Source: Bacilli bacterium (GTDB lineage: Bacteria; Bacillota_I; Bacilli_A; RFN20; CAG-826). Taken from it: a DNA stretch of 64,000 nucleotides. The translations under genes were made by a program, and so were the position numbers. A model generated the notes under the pieces. It had not been told where the DNA came from and searched no databases. It worked only from the letters and a program-made list of their open reading frames with translations. The stretch spans positions 21,833 to 85,832 of the forward strand of contig JAGBLE010000010.1 in NCBI GenBank assembly GCA_017635565.1. The letters run 5' to 3'. Positions 36,685-45,041 of this stretch are shown piece by piece; positions within the stretch are counted from its first letter, which is position 1; each line of letters begins with the position of its first letter.

Positions 36685-39053
36685 TTCTTTTCATCCTCCA
36701 ATAAATATTCCCTAGAACTGATCCAGTATTCTTTTGATTCCACAGGAGCGTCATCAAGCTCCCAGTATTGAGTCATCATTCTTTCTTTTACAGGTTTATA
36801 AGCGCATTGGGAAAGATAATTTTTAAATGTATCTAAATCAATATTATTTTGCGGATCAAAATCATCACTAGAAGCATATTTCTCAATGAAGTTCTTCATT
36901 TCGATTGTAGAAGGCTCGTTTTCATCGATATGAGTGAGATTAAGTCCACACACGAGTAAAGGAGTGTTATTAACTTTTAATTCAAATAAATACGAGAAAT
37001 GCCTAAGTGTCCTATCAGGCATTAATTCAGGTAAATTGAATGATACTTTGTAAGCATCAAATCGGTCGCGATTACATTTATCAATACCGGTAATTAAAGA
37101 ACAAACTTTAATTGGGAAATCATCGAGAATGATTTTGTCTGAATCTTCAGAGATGACAGAATAATTGAAATCGTAATATTCACTGGTGAAGAAACCATAT
37201 TTATTTAATAATTCTTTTTTAACTAATCCGCCAAAATTAGTGCCTCTATCCCAGATAACTGGTTTAAAGCGATTCCATGTTGCCCTAAAAGCGTATTTTG
37301 GGGAAGGCATATTTTTATTTAACAAATGTCTTGTCCAATCACTACGATATATTAAAACGGTTTTCTTTCCTTTTTCTAAATTAGACAAAGCCCTTTCTAT
37401 ATCATCAGTTATTTCAAAAGATGCATTTGAGATATTAACAAATTCTTTGTATGTTGAAGTTGGATACTTTGGATAAATCCATAACGGCCATTCATTACTA
37501 TATTTTTTATTTTCCACTTTGAGTGAGACTTTAAAGACATATTTAGAGGAAGAACAAACATTTGGTAAATTGATTCGAAGAGAATATAAATCACTATTAC
37601 CGATTTTTATATTTGAGATAGTAACTTCTCCAGTAACAATAACTTCCTTTTCATCACTTAAACAATATTTTAATGTCGCCTCTTTAATTTCTTTTAAATA
37701 ATTAGAAGTTGAAATATTGATTTCAATTTCTTCATCAGAAGAATAGATCTTCTTTAAATCTGTTAATAAAACAAGTTCATCATTAAATGACAAAAATTGA
37801 AGAGGAATAACATAGTTAGAATCATCAAAGAAGTCCACTACTCCATTAGAATTTTCATATTTATCCGTATCAGCGAATTGAAGGAAATGGAATCCTCCTA
37901 ATATTGGAGATTTTCTAATCCTTTCAAAGGCTTCTTTCCAACAAATGTATTGAAAATATTTACTCGCTTCATACATCTTTTGATATTCATCATCCGAATA
38001 TCCTTTTTCTTTAATTAATTTAATTTCTTCATCAATCCACCAAGGAAGAGTGACGTTATTATCTAAGCATTTCTTTTTCAGAGCCTTGAAGTCTCTTAAA
38101 GCAGCGTAGTGACATATTTCATGAGCGATTAAAGGAACGTGGAACGGAGACTCATTATCTTTAAGATTTCCCAATTGATCTTTTAAAGTGTGAATTGTTT
38201 TTGGATTAGAATACATATCGCTATGAATTCCATATGGGAAGAAATATGAAAGATGTTGAACATCGATATCAATATTTGGTCGATCTAACTTTCCCCAAGC
38301 ACAGGTATCTAAGAATAATCTATTTGGATCTCTATGTTTTATATATTTACCAATTTCATCGCTTCTCTTATCAGCATCCAGTCCTTTAATTTCATTACCG
38401 ATACAATAAACCGCTAAAGAAGGGTGGTTATAATACGAATTGATAACATAATCAATAAAAGCATTAGGAACCAAATCTTTTTTAGAAAAGAGCATTTCTT
38501 CTAAATTATTGTAATCATCATTTGGTTGTCTTAACTCTAAATGAATTAATATTCCTTCTTCATCTGCAGCAGTAAATAGAGCTTCACTAGGAACGACGGA
38601 GTGGAATCTAATGAGATTAAATCCGTATTTTTTTGCTTGTCTAATATTTTTGCGATAGAATTCAATTTCGCTTAAGTTGAGATTGTTTTGATGCTCGTGA
38701 GCGGCCGCTCCACGAATATAACCCTTAATAAAAATTGCTCTATCGTTAAGAAAAACGTTTTTCTCATTATGTGACAATGTTCTAAAACCAAATGAACCAG
38801 TTATTTTTTCATCATCAAGTTCTAATTCATATTCATATAGATATGGGTTATTAATATCCCATAAGATTGGATTAGTGATAATAAATGAAAAAGAAAATGA
38901 ATCACTATTAAATGATTCATTAATGACAATATTTTCTTTTAAGACTTTAAAAACAACACTATTGACTACGGTTTTTGCTTTGACAAAAACATTCACTTTT
39001 CCACTTGTGTTAAATGAATCAATAAGAATAGTCGTGCCATTTTTACTAATCAT
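36681..39053 (-). CDS. GH2-like glycoside hydrolase (Ig-like domain plus TIM barrel) with a long C-terminal extension
   Basis: NPILWDINNPYLYEYELEL ... GFRTL ... VFLNDRAIFIKGYIRG ... NLIRFHS ... CIGNEIKG follows the GH2 pattern, including the acid/base NE. No signal peptide. Confidence 0.6.
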   Translation of the reverse strand: MISKNGTTILIDSFNTSGKVNVFVKAKTVVNSVVFKVLKENIVINESFNSDSFSFSFIITNPILWDINNPYLYEYELELDDEKITGSFGFRTLSHNEKNVFLNDRAIFIKGYIRGAAAHEHQNNLNLSEIEFYRKNIRQAKKYGFNLIRFHSVVPSEALFTAADEEGILIHLELRQPNDDYNNLEEMLFSKKDLVPNAFIDYVINSYYNHPSLAVYCIGNEIKGLDADKRSDEIGKYIKHRDPNRLFLDTCAWGKLDRPNIDIDVQHLSYFFPYGIHSDMYSNPKTIHTLKDQLGNLKDNESPFHVPLIAHEICHYAALRDFKALKKKCLDNNVTLPWWIDEEIKLIKEKGYSDDEYQKMYEASKYFQYICWKEAFERIRKSPILGGFHFLQFADTDKYENSNGVVDFFDDSNYVIPLQFLSFNDELVLLTDLKKIYSSDEEIEINISTSNYLKEIKEATLKYCLSDEKEVIVTGEVTISNIKIGNSDLYSLRINLPNVCSSSKYVFKVSLKVENKKYSNEWPLWIYPKYPTSTYKEFVNISNASFEITDDIERALSNLEKGKKTVLIYRSDWTRHLLNKNMPSPKYAFRATWNRFKPVIWDRGTNFGGLVKKELLNKYGFFTSEYYDFNYSVISEDSDKIILDDFPIKVCSLITGIDKCNRDRFDAYKVSFNLPELMPDRTLRHFSYLFELKVNNTPLLVCGLNLTHIDENEPSTIEMKNFIEKYASSDDFDPQNNIDLDTFKNYLSQCAYKPVKERMMTQYWELDDAPVESKEYWISSREYLLEDEKK

Positions 39054-39056
39054 AGA

Positions 39057-40610
39057 TTAACGGATTCTATTTTCTGTTTCTTTGTCAAAGAAATAAATAT
39101 GTTGCAAATCAAAGGCCACTTTAATATCTTGACCGGTTTTAACTTCGTTCTTACTACTTGTTTTAAGTAAAATACGTTTTTCACCTAAATAGAAATAGAC
39201 GATTAATTCATAGCCAAGAAGTTCTGAAAAATCACATGTAGAAGAGATAGTTTCGCTTGGATTGGTGTTATTAACATCGCCATCTAAATAGACTTGTTCA
39301 GGCCTGACACCCATAATTAGTTCTTTTCCTTCATATCCTTCTAAACGTTTTTGATCTTCTTTAGAAACTTTGATTGATTCTCCACTTGAGAAAGTAACTT
39401 TTCCATTAGAATATGTGACATTTAAGAAATTCATACTAGGAGAGCCGATGAATCCTGCGACAAAGACATTATCAGGATTTTCATAAACTTCTTTTGGAGT
39501 GCCAATTTGTTTGACATAACCATCTTTCATAATGACAATTCTAGTCGCCATTGTCATCGCTTCGGTTTGATCGTGAGTAACATAAATCGTAGTCGCCCCG
39601 ACTCTCTCATGAATCTTAATGATTTCGCTTCTGGTTTGAACTCTAAGTTTAGCATCCAAGTTACTTAAAGGTTCATCCATCAAGAAAACTTTTGGCTTTC
39701 TAACAATTGCTCTACCTAAAGCAACTCTTTGACGTTGACCACCACTAAGAGCGGCTGGGCGACGATATAAATATTTAACTAAATCAATACTTTCTGCAGC
39801 CTTTTCAATTTCAATATCAACTTCTTCTCTAGTTGGTTTTCTAAAAACTTCTAAAGGCACTTCTGTTGTGCTGTAATATTGAACTTCTTCTTCTAAACGA
39901 GCAATTTGCAAATTGGTTATTCTTTTTTCTTCTTCAGCGCTTGCTAAGTCAAGCTTGAGAGTTTCTTCATTTTTTGAACCAGCTTCAATTTTTGATTTGA
40001 TACCATTAATTTCTTTTTCAAGAGAGACTAATTTCTTTTGCGCTTGAGCGAGTTCTTTACTCTTTTGATTGAGTTTAAAATTATCAATTCCAACTTTTTG
40101 AACTTGCTTAGAATTAATTTCATTTAATAAATCAAAATATTGCTTATATAACTCTTGTCTTTGATTTAAGAGTTCTTCGTTTTGTTGTTTGTTTTTATAT
40201 TTACGAGATACCTTCGCGATTTCTTTCCTAATAGCGGCTTTTTGTTGCATTAAAGGCAATAAATCCGGATTATCTTCATAAACCGGCTTAAATGTTTTTC
40301 TAAGTTTTAAAGCAAATGACATATTGTCATAGACGGTCATATGTGGATATAAGGCGTAGCTTTGGAAAACCATAGCAACATCACGGTCTTTTGGTTCGAC
40401 CGAATTAACTAAGCGGTCATCGATATAAAGCTCACCGCTAGAAATTTCTTCAAGTCCCGCCACCATTCTTAATGTTGTGGATTTACCACATCCAGAAGGT
40501 CCAACAAAGACGATAAACTCTTTGTCTTTAACCTCAAGGTTGAAGTCAAACACTGCTTGAACTCCATTAGGATAGATTTTGTTTAATCCAGAAAATTTAA
40601 TATTAGCCAT
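39057..40610 (-). CDS. MalK/MsmK/UgpC-type sugar ABC transporter ATPase with a ~150-aa coiled-coil insertion
   Basis: Walker A GPSGCGKST, Q-loop FQSYALYPHMTV, signature LSGGQRQR, Walker B VFLMDEPLSNLD, and a C-terminal MalK-like regulatory domain. 185 aa separate LKLRK from LSGGQ. GAGGA RBS. Confidence 0.85.
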   Translation of the reverse strand: MANIKFSGLNKIYPNGVQAVFDFNLEVKDKEFIVFVGPSGCGKSTTLRMVAGLEEISSGELYIDDRLVNSVEPKDRDVAMVFQSYALYPHMTVYDNMSFALKLRKTFKPVYEDNPDLLPLMQQKAAIRKEIAKVSRKYKNKQQNEELLNQRQELYKQYFDLLNEINSKQVQKVGIDNFKLNQKSKELAQAQKKLVSLEKEINGIKSKIEAGSKNEETLKLDLASAEEEKRITNLQIARLEEEVQYYSTTEVPLEVFRKPTREEVDIEIEKAAESIDLVKYLYRRPAALSGGQRQRVALGRAIVRKPKVFLMDEPLSNLDAKLRVQTRSEIIKIHERVGATTIYVTHDQTEAMTMATRIVIMKDGYVKQIGTPKEVYENPDNVFVAGFIGSPSMNFLNVTYSNGKVTFSSGESIKVSKEDQKRLEGYEGKELIMGVRPEQVYLDGDVNNTNPSETISSTCDFSELLGYELIVYFYLGEKRILLKTSSKNEVKTGQDIKVAFDLQHIYFFDKETENRIR

Positions 40611-40624
40611 AAAAAATCCTCATC

Positions 40625-41881
40625 TTATTGGTGCTTGATGTAAATTAGTTCTCCACCTTTTAATCGACTTTCTTCCGCTGCAAAGGCCATTAAATGTGAC
40701 TCAACCGAGGCTGCCAAAGTTGTGCTTCCAGGTTGAGTGGATAATAAATTGTTGTATAGCTCTCTTATTATACCAGCATCACCTCCACCGTGACCATCTT
40801 CTAGGTCGAGGAGGTTATCGATATTAATAATTTCTTTTTCTTTTCCAAAAACTCCAACTGTAATCGTATTGGCAAGTTCATCTAAATCAATTTGTCCATA
40901 TGTTCCATAGAATTTCAAAATTCTTCCGCCAGCTTTGCAGTTAGTAAAAGCGGTCATTCTTAAATTCGCGGTAACTCCATTTTCAAATCTCATCATTGTG
41001 ATTTGATTATCAACGACATTATTATCACATTTAAAAACGCATCTTCCATACGGGCTTGTTTTTAAAGCTTCCATAATATTTTCTTTACTCGCTACTCGTT
41101 CGTTAACAACCGATAAACGAGCGTTGAATCCTAAAACAGTGTAACCATATACCGCTGAATATGGGCAAGAATTAACATATTTACAATCTAAGCAACGATC
41201 TGCAGCTCCTTCAGGTTGATTTTCATGTTTGAAAAATCTTAAATCACCAATCGAAGAAATTGATTTGCATCTACTATTAGCGTACCAAGTTAATAGGTCC
41301 ATGTCGTGACAGCATTTCGCTAAAATCATTGGAGAAGTTTCATTGCTGTTTCTCCAGCAACCTCTAACAAAGCTATGTGCTTGATGGAAAAAGCCGACGT
41401 TTTCAATATCATCAATCATCACTAGTTGGCCAATTGTTCCAGCATCTAATAGTTTTTTTGCTTTTGTAAATGCAGGGGCGTATCTTAAAACGTGACAGAC
41501 AAAAATTTTGTGTCCATATTTTCTTTGAGGGTCCACTAATTCACGAACTTCGTTTTCAAGTCCTGAAATTGGTTTTTCACATAAAATGTCATAACCAAGT
41601 TTTAGACCCTTGATACAGTGTCCCACATGGTCTCTATCTTGAGTAGAAACAATTAAGATATCGCTTCTTTTTTCTTTGAAAAAATCTTCTTCATTATCAA
41701 AGCAAAGTGATTCATCTAATTTAAAATCATGCTTAGCAATATCAAGCCTTTTTTTATCAATATCACAAACAGATACAACCTTATAATGGTTTGGAGTATT
41801 ATACATCTCTTGAAGATATTCAATTCCACGATGTCCTAAGCCAATGCAGCTTGCAGTAAAAATCTTTTCCATATATGACAT
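40625..41881 (-). CDS. Gfo/Idh/MocA family oxidoreductase with a conserved Cys cluster (paralog A)
   Basis: IGLGHRG Rossmann loop, LCEKPIS, and the Cys cluster RCLDCKYVNSC ... GRCVFKCDN. Confidence 0.75.
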   Translation of the reverse strand: MSYMEKIFTASCIGLGHRGIEYLQEMYNTPNHYKVVSVCDIDKKRLDIAKHDFKLDESLCFDNEEDFFKEKRSDILIVSTQDRDHVGHCIKGLKLGYDILCEKPISGLENEVRELVDPQRKYGHKIFVCHVLRYAPAFTKAKKLLDAGTIGQLVMIDDIENVGFFHQAHSFVRGCWRNSNETSPMILAKCCHDMDLLTWYANSRCKSISSIGDLRFFKHENQPEGAADRCLDCKYVNSCPYSAVYGYTVLGFNARLSVVNERVASKENIMEALKTSPYGRCVFKCDNNVVDNQITMMRFENGVTANLRMTAFTNCKAGGRILKFYGTYGQIDLDELANTITVGVFGKEKEIINIDNLLDLEDGHGGGDAGIIRELYNNLLSTQPGSTTLAASVESHLMAFAAEESRLKGGELIYIKHQ

Positions 41882-41965
41882 TCTTTCTTTGTTAGATGCT
41901 TATATTTTAAATAATATAATTTGACAATTAAATATCATCACTTTTGATTTATTATTCAAAATTAA

Positions 41966-43216
41966 CTATTTATCGTGATTGATCACAATTCTTTCTCCAC
42001 CGTGTATCCTGCTCTTTTCAGCAGCGATTCCCATGAGGTGAGATTCAATTGAGACATCTAATAAGGAGATGTTTTTTGATTGTTCTTTAGTTAAAAAATC
42101 ATATAAGGACTCTACTATTCCGTGGTCTCCACCACCATGTCCATTTGTTGCATCAATCAAAGAAGATATTTGCGTAACTGTTTTTTCTTTTCCGAATGGC
42201 TTTAATTCAATTACACCTCTAGTTTCATCTAAATCGATTTGGCCATATGTTCCGTAAATTTTCATAATACGGCCACCACAGGCAGTAAAAGCAGTCATTC
42301 TTAAATTCGCAGTAATTCCATTTTTAAATCTCATCATTGTGATTTGATTATCAACTACATCATTATCGCATTCAAACACACATCTACCATATGGTCCGTT
42401 ATCTAACGATTCTCTTAAAGCTTCTTCAGTAATTGGTCTTTTATCAGTGACCGCAACTCTACCCCAGAAGTTTTGTTTGATATATAGTTCATAGGCATCA
42501 AAAACGCAAGAACCGCGATATTTACAGTCTTTGCATCTACTTGAAGCGCCTACTGGTTGGTTTTCTTTTTTAAAATATCTTAGGTCGCCAAGTGAAGAAA
42601 TTGATTCACATTTTGAATTAGCCAACCAAACAAGTAAATCTAAATCATGACAACACTTTGCTAAAATCATTGGTGCAGCTTCTTTGGTGGTTCTCCAATT
42701 GCCTCTAACATAGCTATGCGCTTGATGAGAATATCCAACATTTTCAATATCATCAATCATTACAACTTGGCCGATAACACCACTATCGACATATTCTTTG
42801 ATTGTCATAAACGCTGGAGCATATCTTAAAACATGGCAAATAACAACTTTATGTCCTGTTTCTTGTTGAACTTTCAAGAGTTCTTTTAATTCATCTTCTT
42901 TATCTGAAATTGGTTTTTCACATAGAATGTCATAACCAACTTTTAATCCTTTTAAGCAAAGCCTGACATGATCTTGATCGTTAGTCCCAACGATTAAAAG
43001 ATCACTTCTTTTTTCTTTAAAAAATTCATCTTCATCAGTGAATAAATTAGAACCCAAAACTCCGTAATTATTTTTGGCCAACTCTAATCTTTCGGTCTTT
43101 AAATCACACAAAGAGACAATTTTATATTTATCTTTGCCGAGTTTGAGCATCTCGGTCATATAAATATTTCCTCTTTGTCCAACGCCGATACAAGAAACGG
43201 TGATTGTTTTATTCAT
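41966..43216 (-). CDS. Gfo/Idh/MocA family oxidoreductase with a conserved Cys cluster (paralog B)
   Basis: IGVGQRG, LCEKPIS, and RCKDCKYRGSC ... GRCVFECDN. About 60% identical to paralog A by eye. GGGGGT RBS. Confidence 0.75.
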   Translation of the reverse strand: MNKTITVSCIGVGQRGNIYMTEMLKLGKDKYKIVSLCDLKTERLELAKNNYGVLGSNLFTDEDEFFKEKRSDLLIVGTNDQDHVRLCLKGLKVGYDILCEKPISDKEDELKELLKVQQETGHKVVICHVLRYAPAFMTIKEYVDSGVIGQVVMIDDIENVGYSHQAHSYVRGNWRTTKEAAPMILAKCCHDLDLLVWLANSKCESISSLGDLRYFKKENQPVGASSRCKDCKYRGSCVFDAYELYIKQNFWGRVAVTDKRPITEEALRESLDNGPYGRCVFECDNDVVDNQITMMRFKNGITANLRMTAFTACGGRIMKIYGTYGQIDLDETRGVIELKPFGKEKTVTQISSLIDATNGHGGGDHGIVESLYDFLTKEQSKNISLLDVSIESHLMGIAAEKSRIHGGERIVINHDK

Positions 43217-43509
43217 TTCAAATTACCCCCAACGGAATTCTTTTTAATTTATACAATTTTGAATATCGAGAATTCACAATTTTTAAATTTTTTCTTTATT
43301 ATATTTTAATAATAATAAATGTATATCGAAAATATCATTCCTAATCAAAAATGAAATATAATCGAGCAAATATAACAATTATTGAAAGTTATCGGCTGCC
43401 ATTGTGTTAATTTCGAATGTCCTTATCAAAAAATACTTAGTGCTTTAAATAATTTACTTTTTCTTATTTAATCATTTTATTTGATTAATAATAGAATAAG
43501 GTACAAATT

Positions 43510-44331
43510 ATGAAATACAGAAAAATTTACTTAAAAGATGTAACTTCACTCAATACGGGAGCTACTTTAGAATTCTATCAAGCCGAAGTCAATACTGATG
43601 GGATAGTTGAAAAGAGGCCAACATTATTAATTCTTCCAGGTGGAGGTTATCAAGGTTGTTCAGATCGAGAAGCCGAACCGGTAGCGTTTAGATTCGTTTC
43701 TGAAGGTTTTAATTGTTTTGTTTTAAGATATACTTGCAAAACCAAATATCCAGTCCCACAACTCGAAGTTGTTGCCTCTATGGATTACGTTAAAAAGAAT
43801 TATAAAGAATATGATTTATTGGACACCAATATTTCATTAGTTGGTTTTTCAGCCGGAGGACATTTAGCCGCAAGCGTTGGAGCGTATTATAAAGAATTAG
43901 CGGACCAATTATCTATTCCAGCAGATAATGCTCGACCATTTGCTCTCATTTTAGGATATCCAGTTATTAGCAGTACTATTCCTAATACTCATCAAAGATC
44001 AATTGAGACAATGACAGGTGGAGATGAAAGAATGTTAGATAAGGTATCAATTGAAAAGCATATTACAAAAGACTTTCCGCCTACATATATTTTTACAACC
44101 AAAACCGACACTGTTGTAAATCCAGAAAACTCTAAAATTCTTTATGAAACACTAAAGAAAGCCAATATTCCTGCTAAATTCGATTTATTTGAAACCGGAA
44201 TACATGGTGGATCTTTATATTCATATCGCGTTTATGATGCATATATTAGAGAAAATCCTGAAGTAAGAAAGAACGCTATTTGGGTTAATAACGCCACAGA
44301 CTTTATTTATAATCTAATTTATAAAAAATAA
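43510..44331 (+). CDS. alpha/beta hydrolase (acetyl/feruloyl-esterase-like, BD-FAE type)
   Basis: LILPGGGYQGCS oxyanion region and the nucleophile elbow GFSAGGHLA. Confidence 0.7.
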   Translation: MKYRKIYLKDVTSLNTGATLEFYQAEVNTDGIVEKRPTLLILPGGGYQGCSDREAEPVAFRFVSEGFNCFVLRYTCKTKYPVPQLEVVASMDYVKKNYKEYDLLDTNISLVGFSAGGHLAASVGAYYKELADQLSIPADNARPFALILGYPVISSTIPNTHQRSIETMTGGDERMLDKVSIEKHITKDFPPTYIFTTKTDTVVNPENSKILYETLKKANIPAKFDLFETGIHGGSLYSYRVYDAYIRENPEVRKNAIWVNNATDFIYNLIYKK

Positions 44332-44973
44332 TTATTTATCAAAGTTCTTGTTATAAAATTTCATCCACTCATCAGCAATTAGATTAGCACCAAGAATATT
44401 TGGATGAATTCCATCATATAAAAGCAAAGAAGAATCAACTTCATTTGCTTTTTTATTAAAAACTTCCTGTAGAGGCAAGAAATGTAATTTATATTTCTCC
44501 GCAATCTTTTTAACGACTGCCTGATATTGTGGCATTAATGATTGATATTGACTTATATATGGAGTAGTCGCACTTCCATTTAAAATAAAAGGTTCACAAA
44601 TAATAACTTTAAGATCTTTTCTTTTATCTAAAATATCTTCAATCATCTCACAATATTTTGTTTCAAATTCATCTAGCTTAGTGCCTCCCCTATTTTCTAT
44701 TAAATGGCAGACATCATTTACGCCAACAAGAATATTTAAGATTTCAGAATCGACTGGTAAAACATCTTCTTTATATCGGGATAATAAATCTTTGATTTCG
44801 TTACCGCCTATTCCTTTATTAATAATGTAATATTGACCAGGACTAGTCCTAGCAAATTCACTAGCGAGTACAAAAACAAATCCTGAACCAAGATTTAAGA
44901 CATGATTATCTGGAAATTCACGGTGTCGACACATTTCAGTAATGCTATCACCAAAAAATAGTAATTTCTTCAC
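44332..44973 (-). CDS. SGNH/GDSL-family hydrolase
   Basis: LLFFGDSITE, GIGGNE, VGVNDV and a C-terminal DGIHPN. GTG start with GGAGGA upstream. Its stop abuts the stop of the convergent 43510-44331 gene with no spacer. Confidence 0.75.
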   Translation of the reverse strand: MKKLLFFGDSITEMCRHREFPDNHVLNLGSGFVFVLASEFARTSPGQYYIINKGIGGNEIKDLLSRYKEDVLPVDSEILNILVGVNDVCHLIENRGGTKLDEFETKYCEMIEDILDKRKDLKVIICEPFILNGSATTPYISQYQSLMPQYQAVVKKIAEKYKLHFLPLQEVFNKKANEVDSSLLLYDGIHPNILGANLIADEWMKFYNKNFDK

Positions 44974-45041
44974 GCCTATTGTTCCTCCACAAGAATTTTA
45001 ATCGAACAGCCCAATCATTTTAATACATAAAAATTCTTAAA

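Noticed and set aside
43263-43371. Three ATATCGA(G/A)AAT-like boxes (two exactly 60 nt apart) and two GAATTC sites in the divergent intergenic region 43217-43509, considered as AraC-type operator repeats
   Set aside because: The matches are short and AT-rich, and such matches are likely by chance in a 290-nt region of this composition. The motif is not found in the other control regions (26580-26736, 34928-35266).
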